64,000 nt of DNA, from positions 5,135-69,134 of the forward strand of contig JAUZPB010000006.1 in the NCBI GenBank assembly GCA_030706145.1. The letters run 5' to 3'. A program made the translations under genes and the position numbers. The notes beneath the pieces were generated by a model. The model was not told the DNA's origin. It was given only the letters and a program-made list of their open reading frames with translations, and made no database searches. Below are positions 1 through 8,976 of this stretch, one piece after another. Origin of the DNA: Bacteroidota bacterium (GTDB lineage Bacteria > Bacteroidota > Ignavibacteria > Ignavibacteriales > SURF-24). The stretch's first letter is position 1. Every line of letters begins with the position of its first letter.

Positions 1-1263
1 GGGGCTGTAACTGATTCAGATACTTTAAGTGGAACGGCTACACTGCCAGTTATTGTAAAATATGCACTCAGCCACCAGCCTGCTTTAAGACAGGCACTTA
101 TTGATGAGGAGATAACAAACCATACTATCAAAAGCAGATTATCCGAGTGGTTTCCTCAGCTGAATTTTAACTTTAACATCCAGCACAATTTCCAGCTTCC
201 TGTCTCAATTTTCCAGGGCAATCCTGTACAATTAGGGCAGAAGAATACTTCAAGCGGACAGTTTAGTCTTACACAGACAATCTTTAACCGGGACGTACTT
301 CTTGCAAGCTCTACTGCAGGCAGTCTGACTGAACAATCGAGGCAAAGGACCATCAGCACGCGGATCGACCTTGTGGTTAATGTCAGCAAAGCCTTTTTTG
401 CAGTACTTTTATCTAAACAGCAGAATGTTTTGCTGGATGATGATATTAGAAGGCTGGCACTAAGCCAGCAGGATACTTATGCCCAGTATAAAAGCGGTGT
501 TACTGACAAGACCGACTATGAAAGAGCTAGCGTTGCATTAAATAATGCCCGGGCAGCTAAAAAACAGGCATCCGAGGCCCTGAAGACAAGTCTGGCATTT
601 CTTAAAGAGCAGATGGGCTATCCTTCGGAAAGAAACCTTGCCGTTCAGTATGATACAACAAGAATGGAGTCTGAATTACAGATTGATACAACACAGGTAT
701 TAAATCCTGAAAACAGAATAGAGTATCAACTGCTTCGGACCCAAAGAAGTCTTTTACAGTCAAATATAAATTATAATTACTGGAGCTTCCTTCCTTCTTT
801 AAGTGCTTTCGGTAACTATAATCTCAATTACCTTAATAATAACTTCAAAGGGCTTTATGATCATGAATATCCAAGCTCATTTATCGGTGTGCAGCTCTCT
901 TTCCCGATCTTTCAGGGAGGAAAAAGATATCAGGAGATCAGAATAGCACAGCTTGAGCTCTCAAGATCCGATTTTGACATCGCTAATCTTCGCGATATAA
1001 TGAATACTCAGTATACAGAAGCTCTTGCAAGTTATAAGAGCAACCTTAATACTTATTATGTGTTAAAGGAAAATCTAACCTTAGCAAATGACGTTTATAA
1101 TACGATCCAGCTGCAATACAGGGCAGGAGTAAAAACTTATCTGGATGTCATTACTGCAGAGACTGATCTAAGGACTACGCAGATAAATTATATAAATGCG
1201 CTCTTCCAGGTCTTAAGCAGCAAACTGGATGTTCAAAGGGCATTGGGGACTATACATTATTAA
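1..1263 (+). CDS. TolC-family outer-membrane efflux protein (5' end outside the window)
   Basis: Frame is open from base 1. OEP-type repeats (FLPSLSAFG...QLSFPIFQGG; YRAGVKTYLDV). Lies upstream of MFP and RND genes. Confidence 0.9.
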   Translation, partial: GAVTDSDTLSGTATLPVIVKYALSHQPALRQALIDEEITNHTIKSRLSEWFPQLNFNFNIQHNFQLPVSIFQGNPVQLGQKNTSSGQFSLTQTIFNRDVLLASSTAGSLTEQSRQRTISTRIDLVVNVSKAFFAVLLSKQQNVLLDDDIRRLALSQQDTYAQYKSGVTDKTDYERASVALNNARAAKKQASEALKTSLAFLKEQMGYPSERNLAVQYDTTRMESELQIDTTQVLNPENRIEYQLLRTQRSLLQSNINYNYWSFLPSLSAFGNYNLNYLNNNFKGLYDHEYPSSFIGVQLSFPIFQGGKRYQEIRIAQLELSRSDFDIANLRDIMNTQYTEALASYKSNLNTYYVLKENLTLANDVYNTIQLQYRAGVKTYLDVITAETDLRTTQINYINALFQVLSSKLDVQRALGTIHY

Positions 1264-1281
1264 AAATGGAAATATCCAAAA

Positions 1282-2403
1282 ATGAGAACGATCTTCATCT
1301 TTTTAGCTTTTATGGCGCTGTTATTTATTGGAATAACAGGCTGCGGTAACAATAAGAAAAATCAGCAGGGACCACCTCCTGTGCAGGTAGCAGTTTATCA
1401 GGTAAAGGCCGAAAGCGCGAATTTCTTTGATTCATATCCTGCTACAGTCGTAGCACTCAATCAGGTTGAATTAAGACCCGAAGTATCGGGCAATATAACA
1501 AATATTTACTTTAAAGATGGGCAGCATGTAAGAAAAGGTATGAAGCTTTATACTATTGACCAGCAGCAATACCTTGCGGCATATGAGCAGTCCGTAGCCA
1601 ATCTGAATGTTGCTAAAGCTAATCTTGCCCGCGCCCTCCAGGATGCCGACAGGTATAATGAATTAGGTAAACAGGATGCAATTGCACGCCAGCAACTAGA
1701 GCACGCTCAGGCTGACCTTAGGACAGCCCAGATGCAGGTCCAGGCTGCTGAAGCTAATGTGCGCGGAGTTGAGACAAACTTAAGGTATTCTACAATTATT
1801 GCTCCTTTTGACGGAACTATTGGAATATCTTCAGTTCAATTGGGCTCTTCAGTTTCCACCGGGCAGACGCTGCTTAATACAATCTCATCAGATGATCCAA
1901 TAGCAGTGGACTTTGGCGTTGATGAAAAGCAGCTTCCTCGCTTCATACAGCTTCTTAATGTTAAGTCAAACCCAAAAGATTCTACATTTACTATTGTACT
2001 GCCGGATCAGACTATTTATCCATATACCGGACATCTTATTTTACTGGACCGGGCAGTAGATCCTACAACAGGCAATATAAGAGCAAGAGTCGAATTCCCG
2101 AATCCCAAAAATATTCTTAAAGCAGGGATAACATGTGATATGAGGGTTAAAAACACAAGCGCTTCAGGAAGCCTTATTATTCCCTTTAGAGCCGTTACAG
2201 AACAGATGGGTGAGTATTTTGTTTTCGTGGTTAATGGTAACCGTGTCTCTCAGCAGAAAATAAATGTAGGACCCAATATCGGGGCAATGATTGTTGTAAG
2301 CGAAGGCTTAAAGCCAGGAGACCAGGTTGTAACTGAAGGTATGCAGAGGCTTAAGGAAAATGCGCTAGTCACAATAAAACCTGCAGGACAAAACCAGAAA
2401 TGA
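1282..2403 (+). CDS. RND efflux periplasmic adaptor (MFP) lipoprotein
   Basis: Lipobox ITGC. ELRPEVSG...G..V.KG motif, IIAPFDG and VDPTTG. Confidence 0.95.
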   Translation: MRTIFIFLAFMALLFIGITGCGNNKKNQQGPPPVQVAVYQVKAESANFFDSYPATVVALNQVELRPEVSGNITNIYFKDGQHVRKGMKLYTIDQQQYLAAYEQSVANLNVAKANLARALQDADRYNELGKQDAIARQQLEHAQADLRTAQMQVQAAEANVRGVETNLRYSTIIAPFDGTIGISSVQLGSSVSTGQTLLNTISSDDPIAVDFGVDEKQLPRFIQLLNVKSNPKDSTFTIVLPDQTIYPYTGHLILLDRAVDPTTGNIRARVEFPNPKNILKAGITCDMRVKNTSASGSLIIPFRAVTEQMGEYFVFVVNGNRVSQQKINVGPNIGAMIVVSEGLKPGDQVVTEGMQRLKENALVTIKPAGQNQK

Positions 2404-2430
2404 AAGAAAAAGTTTTTAACAGGACCAGGT

Positions 2431-5400
2431 ATGATCGCTAATACATTTATAAAACGGCCGGTAACGGCTATTGTCACTTCAATTGTAATTGTTTTGGTAG
2501 GTGTTCTTTCTATCTTTAACCTGCCTGTAAGCCAGTATCCTGATATTACACCTCCTACTGTACAGATAACAGGAACATTTAGTGGTGCAGATGCTCTTAC
2601 AGTTGAGCAGGCAGTAACCACACCAATCGAGTCTCAGGTAAATGGTACTCCGGGCATGGCTTATATACAGGGAAATAGTACAAGCGACGGAAGAAGTACG
2701 ATTAACGTTGTCTTAAACGTTGGAACGAATCCGGACATTGCTGCCCTGGATATTCAAAACAGGGTGGGTATCGCAACTCCCCAGCTTCCGGATGATGTTA
2801 AACGGCTTGGACTGATAACCAGGAAAAGAAATCCAAGTATTTTAATGCTTGTAGCAATATTCTCTCCTAATAAAACTCACGGCATACAATTTCTGGATAA
2901 TTACACTAACATATTTGTCAGAGATGCTATTCTTAGGGTCCCAGGTGTTGGCGACGTGTTTACAAGAGCAGATGATTTCAGTATGAGAATATGGCTCGAA
3001 CCGGACAGAATGGCCCAGCTTGACCTGACTGCAAATGATGTGATAAATGCATTAAGCGAGCAGAACCTGCAGATAGCAGCCGGGTCCATCGGAGCTCCTC
3101 CACAATACAGCGGACAGGCCTTTGAATACACAGTCTTTACCAACAGTAGGCTTAATACAGTGGATCAGTTCCGCAATATTATTGTAAAATCAAATCCTCA
3201 GCAGGGAACTGAGGTTTATCTTAAAGATGTAGCCCGCGTTCAGCTTGGTAAATTTAGCTACTCAAGCAATTCATTCGTAGATGGACAAAGATCTTCATTC
3301 CTTCTTATCTATCAAACCCCTGGCAGTAATGCTCTTGAAGTAGCCAATGGTGTCTATAGCAGGATGGAACAACTGAAAAGTTCATTCCCTAAAGATGTCA
3401 GCTATATGGTCCCTTTTGAGGCTATATCAGTTGTAAGAGTTTCAATAAATGAGGTGGTAACTACACTTATAGAAGCTTTACTTCTTGTAATGCTTGTTGT
3501 ATTTCTATTTCTGCAATCCTGGAGGGCAACGCTGATCCCAATGCTGGCAATACCTGTATCAATAATAGGTACTTTTGCTTTTTTTATCCCACTTAATTTC
3601 TCCATTAATACTCTTACAATGTTCGGCTTTGTATTGGCTATTGGAATTGTAGTTGATGATGCTATCATTGTAGTTGAAGCTGTTCAGCATTATATAGATA
3701 CAGAGCATCTTTCGCCTAAGGAAGCTACCGTGAAGGCCATGGCGGATATCTCTGGCCCAGTAATTGCAATTGCACTGATCCTGGCTGCAGTATTTATCCC
3801 CGTAGGCTTTATACCGGGAATTGTTGGCAGGCTTTACCAGCAGTTTGCAATTACAATTGCTATATCGGTTCTTATCTCTGCATTTAATGCACTGTCTCTT
3901 TCACCTGCACTTTGTTCACTGCTTTTAAGACCGGCTCAGCAGGGAAAAAAGTCAAGGGGCCTAAACAGATTTTTCGATAAGTTTAATCAATGGTTCCAGA
4001 AGACAAACAGCAAGTATACCAGGGGTGTAAGAAAAAGTATCGAACTTTCAAAGTATGCTATAATAATTTTGATTTGCCTTTACTTTGGTACTGTATTATT
4101 GTTTGAGACTAAACCTACAGGGTTTATCCCATCAGAAGACGAAGGGCGTTTATATGTGACATATGAACTTCCTGAAGCATCATCAACTTCAAGAAGTCTT
4201 GAAGTTATTTCCTCAATGATGAAAATACTTCAGGAGACTCCGGGAATTGGGCACTTTGCAGCTTTGACTGGGCTTAATGTAGTTACGTTCTCAACGAAAT
4301 CAAACAGTGGAACTATCTTCGTTCAGCTTAAACCCTGGGACGAAAGAAAAGATAAATCACTTCAGGTAAGTGCACTCATTGCAACGCTGCAAAAGAAGTT
4401 TGCCTCAATAATGAGTGCAAATACAGTCGTTATTTCACCTCCTGCCATTCCAGGCCTTGGCGCAACAGGCGGCTTTACCTTTGAAATAGAACAGAGGCAG
4501 AGCAATGACGATATAAAGCAGTTTGAAGGCGTTGTAAGGTCATTTGTTGCTGCGGCAAATAAACGCCCTGAGCTTAGCCGAACCTTTTCATTCTTTTCTG
4601 CCCATACACCAGGCTACCAGCTTGATGTAAACAGGGAGAACTGTAAGAAACTCGGGATCTCAATAGCAGACGTTTATAACACTATACAGACATATCTTGG
4701 CAGCAGGTTAATAAACGATTTCACAATTTATGGCAGAAACTTTCATGTTGTAGCGCAGGCTGATACTGCATACAGAGGTGCAATACAGGACCTTTCACAC
4801 TACTATGTAAAAAATACAGTAGGGGAGATGATCCCCTTAAGCAACCTGGTAACATACAAGGTGACTGAAAACGCTCCTTTGATCTCGCACTATAATCTTT
4901 TCCGTTCGGCAGAGCTTAACGGTAATGCTGCAGAAGGTTACTCAAGCGGACAGGCACTTAATGCATTACAAGAACTTGCGGCAAATGTGCTTCCTGCAGG
5001 TTATAGCTTTGAATTTTCAGGTTTAAGCCGTGAAGAGATAAATGCCGGGAGCAGTACTTTAGCCATATTCGGTCTATCGGTATTGGTTGTCTTCCTGTTC
5101 CTTGCAGCCCTCTATGAAAGCTGGTCTGTTCCGTTTTCAGTACTGCTGGCTGTACCGCTAGGAGCATTTGGAGCAATACTGACCCTGATTTTTATCCCCA
5201 GATTGAACAATAACATTTATGCACAAATAGGACTGATAACATTGATTGGACTAGCTGCAAAAAATGCAATTCTGATAGTTGAATTTGCAAAAGAACGCGT
5301 TGAAAGAGGCATAGAGCTTGTTTCTGCAACCCTGCAGGCGGTAAGTCTTCGTCTGCGCCCTATCCTTATGACATCACTAGCCTTTATTTTGGGCGTTTCA

Positions 5401-5607
5401 CCTTTGGCACTTGCCACAGGTGCGGGTGCTCAGGCAAGGTCAACTATTGGTTATACTGTGCTTGGTGGAATGCTTGCTGCAACAATGTTTGGAATATTTG
5501 TAGTACCTGTCTTATTTGTAACTATCACAAGAATTGCATATGGTAAAAAGAAACTTGAAGAGCTAAGGTCTAAAGGTACTGCAGGCAGCGAAGAACATCC
5601 CTCCTGA
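2431..5607 (+). CDS. HAE1 (AcrB/MexB-like) RND efflux permease
   Basis: 1058 aa. FIKRPV start, GIVVDDAIIVVE, AAKNAILIVEFA and RLRPILMTS motifs. Confidence 0.97.
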   Translation: MIANTFIKRPVTAIVTSIVIVLVGVLSIFNLPVSQYPDITPPTVQITGTFSGADALTVEQAVTTPIESQVNGTPGMAYIQGNSTSDGRSTINVVLNVGTNPDIAALDIQNRVGIATPQLPDDVKRLGLITRKRNPSILMLVAIFSPNKTHGIQFLDNYTNIFVRDAILRVPGVGDVFTRADDFSMRIWLEPDRMAQLDLTANDVINALSEQNLQIAAGSIGAPPQYSGQAFEYTVFTNSRLNTVDQFRNIIVKSNPQQGTEVYLKDVARVQLGKFSYSSNSFVDGQRSSFLLIYQTPGSNALEVANGVYSRMEQLKSSFPKDVSYMVPFEAISVVRVSINEVVTTLIEALLLVMLVVFLFLQSWRATLIPMLAIPVSIIGTFAFFIPLNFSINTLTMFGFVLAIGIVVDDAIIVVEAVQHYIDTEHLSPKEATVKAMADISGPVIAIALILAAVFIPVGFIPGIVGRLYQQFAITIAISVLISAFNALSLSPALCSLLLRPAQQGKKSRGLNRFFDKFNQWFQKTNSKYTRGVRKSIELSKYAIIILICLYFGTVLLFETKPTGFIPSEDEGRLYVTYELPEASSTSRSLEVISSMMKILQETPGIGHFAALTGLNVVTFSTKSNSGTIFVQLKPWDERKDKSLQVSALIATLQKKFASIMSANTVVISPPAIPGLGATGGFTFEIEQRQSNDDIKQFEGVVRSFVAAANKRPELSRTFSFFSAHTPGYQLDVNRENCKKLGISIADVYNTIQTYLGSRLINDFTIYGRNFHVVAQADTAYRGAIQDLSHYYVKNTVGEMIPLSNLVTYKVTENAPLISHYNLFRSAELNGNAAEGYSSGQALNALQELAANVLPAGYSFEFSGLSREEINAGSSTLAIFGLSVLVVFLFLAALYESWSVPFSVLLAVPLGAFGAILTLIFIPRLNNNIYAQIGLITLIGLAAKNAILIVEFAKERVERGIELVSATLQAVSLRLRPILMTSLAFILGVSPLALATGAGAQARSTIGYTVLGGMLAATMFGIFVVPVLFVTITRIAYGKKKLEELRSKGTAGSEEHPS

Positions 5608-5646
5608 GATTATAAATTCGCCGAGTTAAACAGGGTAGGGAATGTT

Positions 5647-6507
5647 CTAGTCATTTAAACCATGCAGGATACTTCTCAGGATATTAAGATAATGTTCGTA
5701 TTTACCCTCCCTGATATCGAATAAATAATTACTCTTAATCATATCTTCTATAAACCTTAGTTTTCCCGTTTCATTCGTTTCCTCCTCTAGCAATGCAGTA
5801 AGGAAATTTTTTTTGTGTTCATTTATAATCTTTGCAATATGCCTGCCTAGTAATCTTGAACCAAGAATATCAAAATCGAATTCAACTTCCATCAATTCAG
5901 CATTGTCATTAATCAAAGTATCCATATTTCCTGCGTTAATATAATTTTGAACTATAAACAAGATATCAGAAGCGTCTCTTTCACGTGCCGGGAATGCGTC
6001 TTTCCAGGAAATGAATTTCAGCATGACGAGAGATGGAAGTGATGCTATTCGAACGGAAACTTCTGGAGAATGTGAAATTATCATTATTTCGGAATTTGCC
6101 ATAGCTTCATTAAATCCTAATACTGTCATTTCCTTAGCAGCAATATCAGGCCATTTTATTGTAACATCATTCACAGAAATCTTTCCAAACGGGATAACAT
6201 CAATACTCGGTATATCTTTATAACTGAAACGATGTAATACATCGGAGCGTTTAAATCCCGCATTCAGCAGTTCATTAATTAATTTTCTATAATCATCCCA
6301 GCTGCCTACTCTCACGCTGAAATCGATGTCATTTGTAGCGCGGCCTGCACGTATTCCATATTCTTTTTCGAGTATAATGTCGCGGGCAGTTGCACCTATT
6401 AAAAGAAAATCAATATTTAGCTGAATTGCGGTATTGTTGATTAGTTTTATTACCTCTAAAGTAAATGCATCTATTTTATCAGATAAGTCCAGCAATTTTC
6501 CTCTCAT
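5647..6507 (-). CDS. AbiEii-like nucleotidyltransferase (type IV TA toxin-like, COG4849-type)
   Basis: LIGATARD...RATNDIDF NTase motif and K..SW...RERDASD. Overlaps the upstream AbiEi-like gene by 29 nt. Confidence 0.85.
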   Translation of the reverse strand: MRGKLLDLSDKIDAFTLEVIKLINNTAIQLNIDFLLIGATARDIILEKEYGIRAGRATNDIDFSVRVGSWDDYRKLINELLNAGFKRSDVLHRFSYKDIPSIDVIPFGKISVNDVTIKWPDIAAKEMTVLGFNEAMANSEIMIISHSPEVSVRIASLPSLVMLKFISWKDAFPARERDASDILFIVQNYINAGNMDTLINDNAELMEVEFDFDILGSRLLGRHIAKIINEHKKNFLTALLEEETNETGKLRFIEDMIKSNYLFDIREGKYEHYLNILRSILHGLND

Positions 6508-7474
6508 AAATAATATTGGCAGTTTCTATGTCACGCTGGTCACCCATTGCAATCAAATCGGCATAAATCAAAATCGGATGAACAATTGAAGGAGGATCAT
6601 AATCCGGATTAAAATTCCAGAAACGCTTTATGATTTCAATGTTTCCGGCCGGATCTTTTCTTAATCTGTTCCTGAGCAGAAATTCTCCAATCCTGTTACT
6701 GTCTACATAAATAGTGTGAAATGCTGGTCGAATATAATTTGTCAGCATAGAAGCGGCTGTTTCCCCTCCCCATTGAGCTCCCATGTTTAAAATATCTTTA
6801 ATATCAAAAATATTATTATTATCTGCTTTAAATCTGCCGACAAAATACTTGGGCTTTAGTTTTTCTGGATAAAGAACGGTCCATTTTTTTATCAAAGATC
6901 CCTTGTTAATAAGCTTATACTTCTTATTTGATTGAAAGGCTAAGAACCCCTGTTTTTCCAGATCCTTTAAGGTCTTTTGAACTGTTGTCAGCCCAACACC
7001 GGAATATTCTGCAATCTCCCGTAAAGGATTTTCCTCTAACCTGGGATTACATATGAGAGTAAAAATCAGCTGCATACCCGCGGGTTGAAATGCTCTCCCA
7101 GATTTTATAACACCCTCAGGTTCTTTTAATCGCTTACCCTGGATATTTATGTATAAAGGGGGCAATTTAATAAAAGCATTTCCTGCAGTATCAATAAAAT
7201 TGATATTAAGATTTCTAAGAATTTCCATCAATTCGGGACTTACATACCTGGTTACCAGAAGTAGTAGATCCTGGGGTGGAGCTAGTCGTGATTTTAATAT
7301 ACTCACACTGCTTTTACTGATATGCTGCACAACCTTAACATTAAACATAATATCATAGTCTTCGATCTTTAAGATTAATTGTACTTCTTTTCCGTTCAAA
7401 ATAGGTTGTAGTTCGCCATCAGTATTTCCCTTAAATTTTGCGATAGCGGTATTTAAGACATCAAATTCTAACAT
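6479..7474 (-). CDS. AbiEi-like antitoxin / HTH regulator (COG4861-type)
   Basis: FIDTAGN, HTH (LREIAEYSGVGLTTVQKTLKDLE), WGGETAA and HPILIYADL...GDQR motifs. Confidence 0.85.
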   Translation of the reverse strand: MLEFDVLNTAIAKFKGNTDGELQPILNGKEVQLILKIEDYDIMFNVKVVQHISKSSVSILKSRLAPPQDLLLLVTRYVSPELMEILRNLNINFIDTAGNAFIKLPPLYINIQGKRLKEPEGVIKSGRAFQPAGMQLIFTLICNPRLEENPLREIAEYSGVGLTTVQKTLKDLEKQGFLAFQSNKKYKLINKGSLIKKWTVLYPEKLKPKYFVGRFKADNNNIFDIKDILNMGAQWGGETAASMLTNYIRPAFHTIYVDSNRIGEFLLRNRLRKDPAGNIEIIKRFWNFNPDYDPPSIVHPILIYADLIAMGDQRDIETANIIYERKIAGLI

Positions 7475-7619
7475 TTAATTGCCTTCTTCTGAGATATTGT
7501 TTTGTTTTAGGAAACATAATGAAATAGAGAACAAAAATCAATAAAAACCGCATAAATAGGCGGGTAATGTTCCCTATATTAAAATGTTTCCAAAGTCAGC
7601 AATTCTCGATAGGCTAGCA

Positions 7620-7646
7620 AAAAAGAACCTGCTGTTCTGCGGTTCC
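7620..7646 (-). terminator. Intrinsic terminator after the 7652-8137 gene
   Basis: Minus strand GAACCGCAGAACAGCAGGTTC followed by TTTTTT. Confidence 0.55.
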
Positions 7647-7651
7647 AAAAT

Positions 7652-8137
7652 TTACTCAAGGCAGACTTCGGAAGTTCTGAAGTCCACGTTACGAATATTC
7701 AGCTTATCCCACTGTTCCAGTGGGTACATCTTAATCATAGCCCATCCTTTCCTCCGGCATATAGCATTAAATCTGAACTCGTAAAGATTATTTGAATAAA
7801 GAGGTTTTGATTCATTGTTCAGAATCTCATTGTACCGGCTTCCGTCTGGAAATATAAGTGTTAATCCAAATGGCGTCTTCCAGGCAAGGTTTTCTCCAGT
7901 AAGCTTAATTGTAAGGATTATTTCATATTTCCATCCGTCCATTATCTTCTGATTAACTCTAGGATAAGAATTGGTAACACTAGGTGAAAATCCGTAATTG
8001 TTTTCGACAAATTGACCTTCAACCGAGTTGACAGAGATTTCGTAAGGGCCTTGATTATCAAAGTTTTGGGCATAGGTCGCTTCAAGCATTAACATATAAA
8101 TGCTTATTGCAGATAGAAGCTTTATTATATTTCTCAT
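7652..8137 (-). CDS. Hypothetical secreted protein (161 aa)
   Basis: ATG at 8137 with GGAGG RBS. Sec signal peptide (...ATYA|QN). Confidence 0.75.
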   Translation of the reverse strand: MRNIIKLLSAISIYMLMLEATYAQNFDNQGPYEISVNSVEGQFVENNYGFSPSVTNSYPRVNQKIMDGWKYEIILTIKLTGENLAWKTPFGLTLIFPDGSRYNEILNNESKPLYSNNLYEFRFNAICRRKGWAMIKMYPLEQWDKLNIRNVDFRTSEVCLE

Positions 8138-8201
8138 TATCAGACCTCCTTGGAATAAAAAACTGCAATGCTTTCTGAATGGGACCTTTTTAATACAGTG
8201 C

Positions 8202-8217
8202 TGCAATATTAATGCCA
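8202..8217 (-). promoter_or_regulatory. Sigma54 -24/-12 promoter
   Basis: Minus strand TGGCAT-TAATA-TTGCA, about 65 nt upstream of the ATG at 8137. Confidence 0.65.
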
Positions 8218-8326
8218 AGGAGTTCTAAAGATTAAGTAAAGTTTCCGGATTTTAAGGCGCATACAGGCTGTATCTCCATTAAATTGAATTTAGTAATATC
8301 CTAGGCTGAGGTCGATGTTCCAGTTT

Positions 8327-8773
8327 TTAAAGTTTGGATTTCTCGAGCTCTTTATTGCCGTCAATAAACTTAAGATTGAATTTAAACCTGTCAATTTCCC
8401 ATTTGTCCTGTGACTTTATTAGATGAATATCATAACTGCCTACAAATACTCTTGTATTATTATCTGAGGGGTTCGGCAAATAGTGATAAGCAATTCCATA
8501 ACAGAATACATCAGCCTGATTTCCATTTAGATCTATCAAATAGTTTCCCATTTGATGATGGATTGCCTTAAGCTCTTTTAGTCCTTTTTCCCAACCTTCT
8601 GTTATTTGCTCTGGACTGACTTGCTGTGCTTCTCCTGTCATGTCGAATGTGACGCTAGGGGCAAAGCATTCCTGGACTTTATTCCAACTGCGCTTATCCG
8701 TATTGGTTACCATTAAATTTATGACTTTGATTATTTCCTCTTTTGCAATAAGATCAGCCAATGCTTTTTCCAT
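8327..8773 (-). CDS. SnoaL-like / NTF2 family protein
   Basis: Start MEKALAD. D.R.W...F, HHQMGN..I, G.Y and W.I pattern of SnoaL_4. Confidence 0.85.
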   Translation of the reverse strand: MEKALADLIAKEEIIKVINLMVTNTDKRSWNKVQECFAPSVTFDMTGEAQQVSPEQITEGWEKGLKELKAIHHQMGNYLIDLNGNQADVFCYGIAYHYLPNPSDNNTRVFVGSYDIHLIKSQDKWEIDRFKFNLKFIDGNKELEKSKL

Positions 8774-8976
8774 GTCTGTTCTCCAGTATTTGTTTTCTTT
8801 GGAATCATAATAATATACATAATAGCTTTCGTAAGCTCTAGTCAAGAGTTAATTTATGGCATTATACCGGATAGGGTAGTAGAGCATTTACCAGTAAAAA
8901 CCTTCACTTTTGTCCGCTAGCAGGAATACAGAAACTGTAAATGTGAGTTCTGTATTCCCCTATTGTGCTGCGCATT

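Noticed and set aside
5601-5646. 'tcctgagattat...gttaaac' at the left edge of the accessory region as an att remnant
   Set aside because: It overlaps the RND stop codon and the match is short enough to be chance.
8895-8975. Possible fourth, older att scar (ttcacttttgtccgctagcagga; ttgtgctgcgcatt) and the hairpin GGAATACAGAA...TTCTGTATTCC
   Set aside because: Similarity to the core and arm is too weak to call by eye. The position is only suggestive.
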